From an uncultured archaeon (lineage in GTDB: Archaea > EX4484-52 > LFW-46), in NCBI GenBank assembly GCA_902384675.1, contig CABMCT010000025.1, positions 2,791 to 66,790 of the forward strand: 64,000 bases of DNA. Reading direction: 5' to 3'. Below are positions 48,249 to 57,312 of this stretch, one piece after another. Position 1 is the first letter of the stretch. Every line of letters starts with the position of its first letter. The notes beneath the pieces were generated by a model, which was not told the DNA's origin, did no database searches, and saw only the letters and a program-made list of their open reading frames with translations. Made by a program: the position numbers and the translations under genes.

Positions 48249-49195
48249 AGGACCGCCTTCCCGATGACGCCAGCCACTATGTACTTTATTGAGCCGCCCG
48301 CCGTGTTGATGAGCGAGAGGAACGAGGATATGAACAGGAGTATGTTTAATATTCCGATAAGCGAAAAGCCGAGTATAATCGCCACTGCCCGGATAACGCC
48401 GCTTGCAAGAGTCGGATCAGGAGTGCTGAATAAAAACGAAAGCGCCATTACCAGAAGCGCGTCTATCGTAGTCATGAACACTACCGAAACAATGAGCCTC
48501 AGGAATGCAGCACCCCATTCTTTTGTAAACGGAATGAAGTATAGGAAAATCGAGAACGGAAAGAGGATGAACAGGAACGGGATTAACAGGTATCTTGCAA
48601 GCAGCGTCAGGAATGTTAGTAACAGCACAACAACAGCAGTCAGAAGAATTATAAACGCGAAAACCAAAGAGCCAAATGAGGCCACCGGGTTAAAAACATC
48701 TTTAGTAGCGAACGACAAAAACGTTGTTGTCATGTACGTGTTGAGCGATACCAATATCTCGAATATCTGGAATGAGAAGGATAGTATCAGAATCATCATG
48801 AATATGTCTTTTAGCCATTCCTTGGCGGCAAGTCTGCCTTCGACATCAGTTGACCTGAAAATGTAGAATAACCCGAGACCCATGAACGCCAGAGTATAAA
48901 GAGATTCTATCATTGCCATCACGTTGTTATATGGCGTGCAGAACCAGAGCAGATTCGGCACTGCGGATATAAGGTCGAAAGACGATGTAAGAAACTGGTC
49001 TATTGTGTAGCCAAAGCCGGAAGTGAATGTTCCTATGAACGAATTAACAACGCAGCCGGGCATGTTCTTAATGAGGGATATTATGCTGTCGTTCCCTGAA
49101 CAGCCACCGCCATCAACGCTAAAGCTGGAAGCGTGGGCAGGGCTGGCAAGGAAAACAAACAGGACCAGTAGGATAAAATATCTTAGTTTAAGCAC
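48245..49195 (-). CDS. polytopic membrane protein, VirB6/CedA-like by position
   Basis: Signal peptide plus about 6-7 hydrophobic helices, sandwiched between pilin-like and VirB3/4-like genes with overlapping stop and start codons. Function is inferred from synteny only. Confidence 0.45.
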   Translation of the reverse strand: MLKLRYFILLVLFVFLASPAHASSFSVDGGGCSGNDSIISLIKNMPGCVVNSFIGTFTSGFGYTIDQFLTSSFDLISAVPNLLWFCTPYNNVMAMIESLYTLAFMGLGLFYIFRSTDVEGRLAAKEWLKDIFMMILILSFSFQIFEILVSLNTYMTTTFLSFATKDVFNPVASFGSLVFAFIILLTAVVVLLLTFLTLLARYLLIPFLFILFPFSIFLYFIPFTKEWGAAFLRLIVSVVFMTTIDALLVMALSFLFSTPDPTLASGVIRAVAIILGFSLIGILNILLFISSFLSLINTAGGSIKYIVAGVIGKAVL

Positions 49196-49409
49196 AGTAA
49201 TGACCTCCGCTTAATGCTCCGGCGATTATTGGCGCGATGAATAGCAGTGACAGGCCAATGAACACGCCAAGCAGGATTTCTTTCCATTGGTTTCTGGTGT
49301 TCGGATTCTGCGATGTCATCAGCACAAAGCCGCCGTAAGAGATAATCAGGACCGAGGCGACCACTGCCAGGCCTTTGATAAAGGCAGCGATTTCTAAGAG
49401 GTCTAGCAT
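49188..49409 (-). CDS. VirB2/TrbC-like pilin paralogue 2
   Basis: From the ATG at 49409: MLDLLEIAAFIKGLAVVASVLIISYGGFVLMTSQNPNTRNQWKEILLGVFIGLSLLFIAPIIAGALSGGHYCA. It forms two hydrophobic helices and aligns with the upstream paralogue. Confidence 0.5.
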   Translation of the reverse strand: MLDLLEIAAFIKGLAVVASVLIISYGGFVLMTSQNPNTRNQWKEILLGVFIGLSLLFIAPIIAGALSGGHYCA

Positions 49410-49411
49410 TT

Positions 49412-49729
49412 TTACCACCCGCAAAGGCTGCCAGCGCCAACTAAGCTTTTGACCAGAAGCGGCGCTATCCAGATTATAATTAATCCCAGAATCACTCCGG
49501 TGAGCAGCGCCTTGCTTTGGTTGCGCTCGCTGATTTCGTTGCTTGAAGTCAGGATGAATCCTGCATAGGCTGCTACCAGTACTCCCGCGATAGTTCCCAA
49601 TACTTGGATTATGCTGTACAGCCTGCAAATCGGCTGGTCCGCAGGAATCGATATCACGTCAGCAGCTGCCGCGACGCTTATTTGGCTTATCAAAAAGACT
49701 GCAAATAACAAAAGTTTTTTCGCTTTCAT
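49412..49729 (-). CDS. VirB2/TrbC-like pilin paralogue 1
   Basis: Signal peptide (..ISVAAAA), then two hydrophobic helices separated by a short polar loop (TSSNEISERNQSK). C-terminal Cys-Gly-Trp. Confidence 0.55.
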   Translation of the reverse strand: MKAKKLLLFAVFLISQISVAAAADVISIPADQPICRLYSIIQVLGTIAGVLVAAYAGFILTSSNEISERNQSKALLTGVILGLIIIWIAPLLVKSLVGAGSLCGW

Positions 49730-50547
49730 TTTCTCACCTGGAATATTATTTTCAGCTCAGTGTTGGCTTTCTTCTGGATTACCGGAAGATATTCGCGGTT
49801 TATCTCGTAGCCTATCGATAACCGGTTGAGGCTTGCCGCTACCTTTGTTGTCGTGCCGCTTCCAAGAAACGGGTCCAGAACAATTTCTCCCTCGAAAGTG
49901 TAAAGCCGGATTAGAGCCTCGGGCAGCTCCTCAGGAAACATCGCCGGATGAGGATCTATATATTGGTTCTTTGTCTCCGGACACATGTTCCAGATGTCGC
50001 AATTCCAGTTTTCTTTGATAAATTCGATGTCCATTGCTGCCCGGCGCTTGTCCTCTTCAGTAAGCTTCTTGTAGTCGAACTTGCCTTTCCTGAAAACAAG
50101 AATGTGCTCGAAAACGTTGTTAGGGAAGTAGTACATCGGGTAAGGATGCCGTATGAATATGCCGAACCTCTTTCCGGCCCCGCTCCCGCCGTTTGCGCCC
50201 ACGCCTGAGGGCTTTTTCCAGATGATGTCTTCCCGATACTCGAAGCCCGCCCTTTGCAGCATAAGAATATAGTGCGCCGGAATCGGGTATTTTGCCTTGT
50301 CGCTTATTATGTCGCTGATATTGACGCAGATATAGCGGCCATATTCAAGAACGCGGTAGCACTCGTTGAACACCTGTTGCATTTCCTGCAGGTATTTGCT
50401 GAACTCATTGATTGAGCCGATATTTTCCCTGCCGTACTCCTTAACGTTAAAGTACGGCGGGCTTGTGACAATCAGCTGGACCGAATTATCCGGAACTTCC
50501 TGCATATTCCGCGAATCGCCGATTACAACTATGTGTTTTGGATTCAT
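49726..50547 (-). CDS. beta-class DNA methyltransferase (N4-cytosine or N6-adenine, N6_N4_Mtase family)
   Basis: Catalytic TSPPYFNV near the N-terminus and the SAM-binding DPFLGSGTT near the C-terminus. Confidence 0.9.
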   Translation of the reverse strand: MNPKHIVVIGDSRNMQEVPDNSVQLIVTSPPYFNVKEYGRENIGSINEFSKYLQEMQQVFNECYRVLEYGRYICVNISDIISDKAKYPIPAHYILMLQRAGFEYREDIIWKKPSGVGANGGSGAGKRFGIFIRHPYPMYYFPNNVFEHILVFRKGKFDYKKLTEEDKRRAAMDIEFIKENWNCDIWNMCPETKNQYIDPHPAMFPEELPEALIRLYTFEGEIVLDPFLGSGTTTKVAASLNRLSIGYEINREYLPVIQKKANTELKIIFQVRK

Positions 50548-50662
50548 GCGGTTATTATGGATGCTGGGGTCTCAATTTTGTTCGTGCAGAATTTGGCATT
50601 TTTATGTAGGCTGGGGGAATAATACAGTATTTCCCACAATTTCATTAAACAGTCACCCTTCT

Positions 50663-51754
50663 CTATAACTTCATCTCGAGGGATTTAACAACATTCGAAG
50701 GTTCATTAAAGTAGCCTTCATATCCGACAAAATATAGTAGGATCGTTAAAAGATCTAAATCAATTATAAAATGAAACCAATCGGATGCTTGCTCTTTTGC
50801 TTTTATAATTTCTTCCCAAGCACCACTTGCAGCGCTTTTATTTGTCATAAATACTAATCTTTTACCTTTGTTTGTTCTGCATTTCTCATCTACAACAGTC
50901 TTAGAGAGTTTTTGAGATAATTGTTTAGCATCATATGCTTTGTTTTTCATCACTTCTAGCATTTTGTTCATATATTCAAATAGTTGAATGGAGGAGATGT
51001 CTGATGGAAAATTGCCACCGACATGCACAAATTTGGTTCCTGTCGGGTTATTTTGATTTCTTTTGAAAAATAATAGCATATCACATATGCCTTTTTCATT
51101 GAATTTCAACTCATCAAAAAGTTTTGTTATTTCTTCTTCGAATTCCTTCCAATTTTTTGAGTCTTTACAGAAAACATTTATTTTACTCTTAATCTTGAAA
51201 ACTTCGGCCTCATCGAATTTTAATGAGATTTCATGCACTTTATTTATTAACGTACCTTCATCCATATTTAAGAAATCAGTAATTTTGAGGAATTTGGGTG
51301 TTGAATATATGTCTGCCAGAGCTGCTTTAGTTTCATCAAGGAAATATAATATCAATGACGAATGTTTTAAGATATCAATTAAAGTCGACGTATTTTCCAA
51401 AGAATCAGCAACAATAAGCGGTATTTTTTTATTGGCATAATATATGAAATAGTCACCATCGATATTTGTCAAAATTAAATCTGAGCTTTTTATTTTCTTA
51501 TCAATTGCGATTGATAATTTTTTTGTGTTGATATAATAGAATGTTTCTATGCGTTCTTTCGATAAATCGTACTTATTTTTTCTATTGCATGAAGCGCATT
51601 GCCAAAGTAATTTCTCAATCTGAATTTCATCTACATTGTTTTTATGGCCGCAATGTTTACAATAGGTGACTTTGTTAACTTTTTCTACTACAATCTTCTC
51701 TCTTTTTAATACGTCAATTCCATCATACTTCGCAGTTAAGCGTATAATGTTCAT
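50663..51754 (-). CDS. unknown protein with an N-terminal zinc ribbon and a possible PD-(D/E)xK core
   Basis: CKHCGHKN..x..CASCNRKN. In the C-terminal half, FPSD followed 21 residues later by YDAKQ could be a D...(D/E)xK nuclease motif. Looks strongly AT-rich by eye. Overlaps the upstream gene by 4 nt. Confidence 0.5.
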   Translation of the reverse strand: MNIIRLTAKYDGIDVLKREKIVVEKVNKVTYCKHCGHKNNVDEIQIEKLLWQCASCNRKNKYDLSKERIETFYYINTKKLSIAIDKKIKSSDLILTNIDGDYFIYYANKKIPLIVADSLENTSTLIDILKHSSLILYFLDETKAALADIYSTPKFLKITDFLNMDEGTLINKVHEISLKFDEAEVFKIKSKINVFCKDSKNWKEFEEEITKLFDELKFNEKGICDMLLFFKRNQNNPTGTKFVHVGGNFPSDISSIQLFEYMNKMLEVMKNKAYDAKQLSQKLSKTVVDEKCRTNKGKRLVFMTNKSAASGAWEEIIKAKEQASDWFHFIIDLDLLTILLYFVGYEGYFNEPSNVVKSLEMKL

Positions 51755-52938
51755 CTTGATCGCTTGTTTAACCCTATTTTATATTTTTCACCTAAATATT
51801 TCGTGAACTCCTTTGCAGCAATATAGTCTCTATTTTTTGGGCTATAACATACAGAACATTCATTATCAGACTCATCATTTATGTAAATTAAAAAACGTTT
51901 GTTATTAAATCGAACGGTAATCGCAGACACAATATCAGCATTTATGTTGGTTTGAAAATAACTCTCTAATTGCAACAGCATTTTCTTTAAATCATCTTTT
52001 GATTTTATTACTGTCAGATATGCATCGTGAAATTCCACCTTAGGTCTAAATTTTATTTCAATTAATTCGAGGGATTCATCAGCACTACCGATTATTCTGG
52101 ATAAAAGTTCGTTTATTTTCGATTTCTCAGTGTATTTATCAGTCTCCTCATATAAAGGCGAGCCGTCTACTACAGAAGCGTTTCCGTTTGCTACCAAAGA
52201 TGAAGCGAATTTTATTGATTGATTCGTCGCTCCCGAATATATATTGAGGTCTTTACATCCATGGCACAGGGAGAACATAACTGGCTTAGCGTATTCGACA
52301 AAGTCATATCCTTTCCTCAATGATGATGGGATGCTTTTACGTGATTTTGCCTTTCGAAATACAAAGAAAGCGGTTTCTTCGCCTGTATCAAGGACGTACC
52401 ACACATTTATTAATTGTTTGCTTTTTCTATCTTTGAATAGTGAGCGGAGTACTTCTTCAGCTTTTTCCGCTGTCAAATCTTTAATGCTAACACCATCCAA
52501 TTCCTTTGTAGTTTTACAGGTAATGTATCTCCCTTTATTTAACAGAGCAGTATAATGAATTTTTCTGATTAAGTCATGATCTGCGTCTTCTGTATACGCG
52601 TCGAGAAGTATTTGCTGTTTGCTGGATATTTGACGATTAAATACCCCTAAGTATAATGTTTTACATACTTCATTATCAAAGAGATCTATTTTCCTTGTAA
52701 TTATATACAACAATGCACAAAGATTGTGATTTTTTTCTATTACTTTCCTGAGAAAAAGCTCGTCACTTTCAATTTCTTCAGGATATGTTTTCCTCAGAAA
52801 ATCCATGATTTCTTTATCGAATCGAGCGGCTAAAGAACGTTCTTTACTTTTCATCTTCTCAAATTTTTTAAGAAAGTTTTCAGAATCAATGCCTATCTCA
52901 TTAAATAATTGATGATCTATCTGAATGTTATCTAACAT
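51751..52938 (-). CDS. unknown protein (395 aa)
   Basis: Long uninterrupted ORF that starts 1 nt after the hsdS stop and overlaps the next gene by 4 nt. No motif recognised. Looks AT-rich by eye. Confidence 0.5.
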   Translation of the reverse strand: MLDNIQIDHQLFNEIGIDSENFLKKFEKMKSKERSLAARFDKEIMDFLRKTYPEEIESDELFLRKVIEKNHNLCALLYIITRKIDLFDNEVCKTLYLGVFNRQISSKQQILLDAYTEDADHDLIRKIHYTALLNKGRYITCKTTKELDGVSIKDLTAEKAEEVLRSLFKDRKSKQLINVWYVLDTGEETAFFVFRKAKSRKSIPSSLRKGYDFVEYAKPVMFSLCHGCKDLNIYSGATNQSIKFASSLVANGNASVVDGSPLYEETDKYTEKSKINELLSRIIGSADESLELIEIKFRPKVEFHDAYLTVIKSKDDLKKMLLQLESYFQTNINADIVSAITVRFNNKRFLIYINDESDNECSVCYSPKNRDYIAAKEFTKYLGEKYKIGLNKRSR

Positions 52939-52939
52939 A

Positions 52940-54091
52940 TCATATCACCAACTCCCCCTTAAACGCTTTCTGCATAAGCGCATTAAACAGGTTTTCAGTT
53001 TCCTGCTTTGATTCTTTTTGATTTTTGCGCATTCCCTCGACTTTTTCAACAATTTCAACGAACTTATCTTGTTCCTCTAGCGTAGGTAATGGTATTTTTA
53101 TTTGTTTTATTTCAACTAGATGAAGGTTCGTTATCGTTCCCGTTTTGGAATGTTTTACTGCTTGCCTTAAGGCAAAATTTGTGTTTAGAAAGTATTCAAG
53201 AAATTTACTTCGGATAATATCCTTATTTGGCTTCAATAAGCATAAGCTAACAAAAATGCTGAACTCATAATCCCAGGTTATTGCTTTAGCTACTCCTATA
53301 GTCCCATTTTTTGAATATAAAACATCCCCCTTTTCCGGCTTGCATCTTTTTATTAATTCTTTATGTTCTTCCTCCGATATGTATCTTTTTGATGCATTGG
53401 ATTCTGTTAAATCTGTGACTCTCAAAAATGGTACTCCTGAATCAACATAATCTGGTGTTATGTGTGTTCCATCCGTAATTTTCAAGCAAACATCATTTAA
53501 TGTTTTTTCAGTGTATGTTCTTTTACTGTTAATAAACATCTCCAGAAAAACAGTCTGTAAAAGCTTTCCGGCGAGTCCATCCGCCTCAATACGCATTTGT
53601 TTTATTTGTTCCGCGCGTTCGAGAACTGGGATAATATGACGCTGTACGTGAATTGGTGGTAGGATAAATTCTTGTTTCAATAGTTCTGGTTTGGTAATAT
53701 GTTTCATTCCAGAGCCGTGTGTTTTATCTTTTAATTTTTGTACCATCGTTTTTAAATAAAATAAAAAATAATCATCAAAAATCACATCATTCTTAGGTTT
53801 CACCTTAAAAATATGCTGATTCAATAGGGCAGGACCTTTTTTCCATTTAAATATATCCAATGTAGCGGACCATGACAAAAGAATATCGCCGTATTTAACA
53901 TAATACTCTTGTTCGTAGTCTCCATCATAGTAATTTATTTTTGAAGAGGACCCTGTTAAGTTTTGTATTCTAATTATAGGTAATCCTTTATTTGTCCATT
54001 CAGACGGTTTAAATGCTCTACCGTTTATAAATTCAGCAACCTCCCCTAGCGAGGTTATCTTCCAACCTTCAGGAAAATTTACATTGATCAT
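52940..54091 (-). CDS. hsdS: Type I restriction-modification specificity subunit
   Basis: Two target-recognition domains, each opening with the family pattern (W..T.LGEVAEFINGRAF and L.DVCLKITDGTHITP), separated by conserved helical spacers. Confidence 0.85.
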   Translation of the reverse strand: MINVNFPEGWKITSLGEVAEFINGRAFKPSEWTNKGLPIIRIQNLTGSSSKINYYDGDYEQEYYVKYGDILLSWSATLDIFKWKKGPALLNQHIFKVKPKNDVIFDDYFLFYLKTMVQKLKDKTHGSGMKHITKPELLKQEFILPPIHVQRHIIPVLERAEQIKQMRIEADGLAGKLLQTVFLEMFINSKRTYTEKTLNDVCLKITDGTHITPDYVDSGVPFLRVTDLTESNASKRYISEEEHKELIKRCKPEKGDVLYSKNGTIGVAKAITWDYEFSIFVSLCLLKPNKDIIRSKFLEYFLNTNFALRQAVKHSKTGTITNLHLVEIKQIKIPLPTLEEQDKFVEIVEKVEGMRKNQKESKQETENLFNALMQKAFKGELVI

Positions 54092-54097
54092 GTTCTT

Positions 54098-55807
54098 TTA
54101 CTCCAACAAACTTATCGGTTTCTCTTTGAACTTTTCTGCGTTTTCGAAGCATGTCTTCACACCAGGTTTACGAAGATGTTTTAATGCTTCACCCTTAATC
54201 GCCCACGCTTCTGATCTTTTAGGATTGTAATTTAACAAAGCCATAGCATCATTTTTTGCTTCTTCCCAATGATTCAGATCTAATTGCGCTTGTGCTCGAT
54301 TTAGTAGAAAATCTTCTTTGGACCAAAGCCTTAGCGCTTTATCAAAATACTTTAATGCTTCCTTGGGTTTCCCTCTAATATGTAAAATAGCTCCCTTCCG
54401 ATTCAATACATGAGCATTTTTAGGCAGAAGCGTGTATGCTTCGTCTGCAATCTTTTCCGCGTCATCTATTAGACCATAACGTATTAGAACAGCCGTCTTA
54501 TTAGATAAACCTAAAGGAAATCTATTATCGCGCATTACAACTTTTTCAAAACATTCTAAAGCAAGCGGCAGATATTTTTCAGTTTTTTGAAACTTTGAAT
54601 TTATTTCAAAAACGACCCCTTTGTTATTTATTGCATTTAAGTTGTCTGTATCTCGTTTAAGTATGTCTTCGTTAAGATCATACGCTTTTTTCAAGTCAAG
54701 CATTTCAATATATAATAATACTTTTTGTTCTTGCAAGTTTACTGATTTTTCAATTAAATCTGCCTTTTCTTCCAAAAATGCTAGTGCTTCTTTCGATTTT
54801 TTTAGGTCTTTAAGAACTTCTACCTTATTCAGGATTGCAAAAATAAAATTAGGGTCTGCATATAGCGCCTTATCTGCAAGCTTTAGAGCCTCCTTGTATC
54901 GGCCAAGTCTCCGAAGATTGTGTGCCTTATTATTTAGTGCAAATATATTATTACTATCTATTTCTAGTATTTCATCATAACATTTATTAGATTCATCTAA
55001 CTCATCTGTTCTCTCTAGTATGAACCCTTTATTCAAAAGCGCTTCTACATTCTTCGGTGTTATATCTAATGATCTGTTTAAGAACATAAGCGCGTCTTCT
55101 GTTCTTTCAATGGAAAAGAAGAACATGCTTATTTTTTGATATAATAGTGCCAAAATATTTATGTCGGCATTTTTCAAGTTCAACAAACCTTCCTTAATTA
55201 CGTCGGCTACTTCTGAAGGGTTATTTGGATTAAATTGCTTTCCCGCTTTAAACTCTAATTTAAGCCCAAAACGCTTTGCTACATCAGAGGATAACTCAAT
55301 TGCAACGCCGGGCTTTTTGGCGTCAACGACGGGAGGAACCTCTTCATCTGGAAAGTAATATCTGCAAATATCTCTCGATTGGTGCAATATATCCAAAAAT
55401 TTCAAACCCGTCCAGTCATAAATTTGACATTTGTGCTTGTTATTCCAGTTTTTTATGTCATCTTTGCATTTTGGTGCCGTATCTGCGTTCGATATTATAA
55501 AAAACTTTTTTACGTCCTGATCATCTGCTTTTTGCACCTCGGTAGAAAAATTTCCAAAATTTATGCTGGAAGTATATCGTTTACACTGAAACCAGCATTT
55601 TTCTCTTATTTCTTCATTTGCGACTTTGTATACAAATTCTGCCTCTATATCTCTGCCACCATCTCCGCCGGGACCACGAACGGAGGGGTTTACAAATCCA
55701 TCTCTATTGTTGATGAGTGAATAGCATAAATTCTGAAATTCGGTCGGAGATATTGTATTGATTAGTTTCTTCCATTCTTCAGGAGATTTATGATTCCGTT
55801 CGTCCAT
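54098..55807 (-). CDS. Mrr-like restriction endonuclease domain fused to about 8-9 TPR repeats
   Basis: The N-terminus FQNLCYSLI...GPGGDGGRDIEAEF...CWFQCKRY matches the Mrr_cat PD-(D/E)xK pattern. The C-terminal ~350 aa consist of repeated TPR-like units (for example YKEALKLADKALYADPNFIFAILNKVEVL). Confidence 0.7.
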   Translation of the reverse strand: MDERNHKSPEEWKKLINTISPTEFQNLCYSLINNRDGFVNPSVRGPGGDGGRDIEAEFVYKVANEEIREKCWFQCKRYTSSINFGNFSTEVQKADDQDVKKFFIISNADTAPKCKDDIKNWNNKHKCQIYDWTGLKFLDILHQSRDICRYYFPDEEVPPVVDAKKPGVAIELSSDVAKRFGLKLEFKAGKQFNPNNPSEVADVIKEGLLNLKNADINILALLYQKISMFFFSIERTEDALMFLNRSLDITPKNVEALLNKGFILERTDELDESNKCYDEILEIDSNNIFALNNKAHNLRRLGRYKEALKLADKALYADPNFIFAILNKVEVLKDLKKSKEALAFLEEKADLIEKSVNLQEQKVLLYIEMLDLKKAYDLNEDILKRDTDNLNAINNKGVVFEINSKFQKTEKYLPLALECFEKVVMRDNRFPLGLSNKTAVLIRYGLIDDAEKIADEAYTLLPKNAHVLNRKGAILHIRGKPKEALKYFDKALRLWSKEDFLLNRAQAQLDLNHWEEAKNDAMALLNYNPKRSEAWAIKGEALKHLRKPGVKTCFENAEKFKEKPISLLE

Positions 55808-55808
55808 A

Positions 55809-57308
55809 TCAAATCATCTTCTTCAATTCTTCGACATTTTCCTTGATTTTGTTTTCAAGCGCGCCAATCTTGGCAATTATTTCTTTCGGCGGCTCATATT
55901 TGACTTCTTCATATTCGATTTCCTTGTACTTTGAGATAGAAAGATCGTATCCGTTCGCCTTTATCTCCGAAGCAGGCACAAAAAAGCTTTTGCCCTTTCT
56001 GTCTGTTTGTTTCTCATTTCCGCGATTTTTGAATCGCTCAATAATATCTGGGATATCGCCCTTGCCATCTACAAAAGTCCTTTTGTCGTCAAGGGAATAG
56101 CCGTCCTTTTCCATGTCGTAGAACCAGACTTTATCGGTTCTTCCACCTTTTGTGAAAACCAGCACAGCAGTCGATACGCCAGCATACGGCTTGAATACAC
56201 CCGAAGGCATAGAAATAACTGCTTCTAACTGACAGTTTTCAAGAATCATCTGCCTTAATTTTTTATGCGCGTTTGAGCTTCCGAACAGGACGCCATCAGG
56301 CACAATTACGCCGCACTGCCCGCCGATAATTAACAGATTTATCATCTGTTCCACGAAAAGAAGCTCTGTTTTTGTCGTAGCCAAACTTAGATTATCATTT
56401 ATGTCGCTTTTGTCAATGCTTCCTTTGAACGGCGGATTTGCAAGAACAACATCGTACTTTTCCTTTTCTTCAAATCTCTTTGATAGCGTATCCATATAAT
56501 CGATATTTGGCGCTTGTATTCCGTGCAGGACCATATTCATAAGAGCAATACGAACCATTGTGGTATCAAACTCATATCCGAAAAACGTATTCTTCCACAA
56601 AATATCCCAGTGCTTTTTCTCGACAATCTTGTCGCCGACAATATTATGCGGCTCGCCTTCCTCGTCATACTTTATCATGTCCGAAGATGTATATTTTGCA
56701 AGAATGTGCTCGTATGAGTTAATCAAAAATCCTGCTGTTCCGCATGCAGGATCACATATTTTCTGTCCGATATCCGGATTGACAAGCGCGACCATCATTC
56801 TTATTATGTGCCTCGGTGTCCTGAACTGCCCGTTTTTGCCTGCTGTTTTAAGCTCGGACAATAAATATTCGTAAATATCTCCCTGTGTGTCTCTGTTTTG
56901 CGCGGTTATGTTGAGCTCATCAATTATACTTACTGCTTCTTGCAAAAGCGAGGGCTTAGGTATCATAAAAACCGCGTCTTTCATGTGCTCCGAGAAAAGC
57001 GTTTTTTCGCCGTCTCTTACGGTTTTGATAAACGGAAAGACAATATCTCTCACATGCGCCATCATTTCCGGGGCATTATAGTGCTTCCATTCCGACCATC
57101 GGCAGTTTTCATGCCCTACAAATACAGAATTGTATTTTTCCCCTCGCGCCACGGCTCTCTTTTCATGTATGTTATCCAGGTCCTCAAGCCGTTTCATGAA
57201 TATGAGATAGCTCATTTGCTCTATTGCAGTAAGCGGGTTTGCGATTCCTCCGCTCCAAAACTTGTCCCATAGTTTGTTTATTCGTGCCCTTAAGTCATTT
57301 GCAAGCAT
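55809..57308 (-). CDS. hsdM: Type I restriction-modification methyltransferase subunit
   Basis: HsdM_N helix bundle (INKLWDKFWSGGIANPLTAIEQMSYLIFMKRLED), DPACGTAGFL and the catalytic NPPF. Confidence 0.95.
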   Translation of the reverse strand: MLANDLRARINKLWDKFWSGGIANPLTAIEQMSYLIFMKRLEDLDNIHEKRAVARGEKYNSVFVGHENCRWSEWKHYNAPEMMAHVRDIVFPFIKTVRDGEKTLFSEHMKDAVFMIPKPSLLQEAVSIIDELNITAQNRDTQGDIYEYLLSELKTAGKNGQFRTPRHIIRMMVALVNPDIGQKICDPACGTAGFLINSYEHILAKYTSSDMIKYDEEGEPHNIVGDKIVEKKHWDILWKNTFFGYEFDTTMVRIALMNMVLHGIQAPNIDYMDTLSKRFEEKEKYDVVLANPPFKGSIDKSDINDNLSLATTKTELLFVEQMINLLIIGGQCGVIVPDGVLFGSSNAHKKLRQMILENCQLEAVISMPSGVFKPYAGVSTAVLVFTKGGRTDKVWFYDMEKDGYSLDDKRTFVDGKGDIPDIIERFKNRGNEKQTDRKGKSFFVPASEIKANGYDLSISKYKEIEYEEVKYEPPKEIIAKIGALENKIKENVEELKKMI

Positions 57309-57312
57309 AGCT

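Noticed and set aside
49410-49628. The N-terminal 73 codons of the 49188-49628 ORF.
   Set aside because: They overlap the upstream pilin paralogue in another frame. The internal ATG at 49409 lies 2 nt after that gene's stop and gives a protein collinear with its paralogue.
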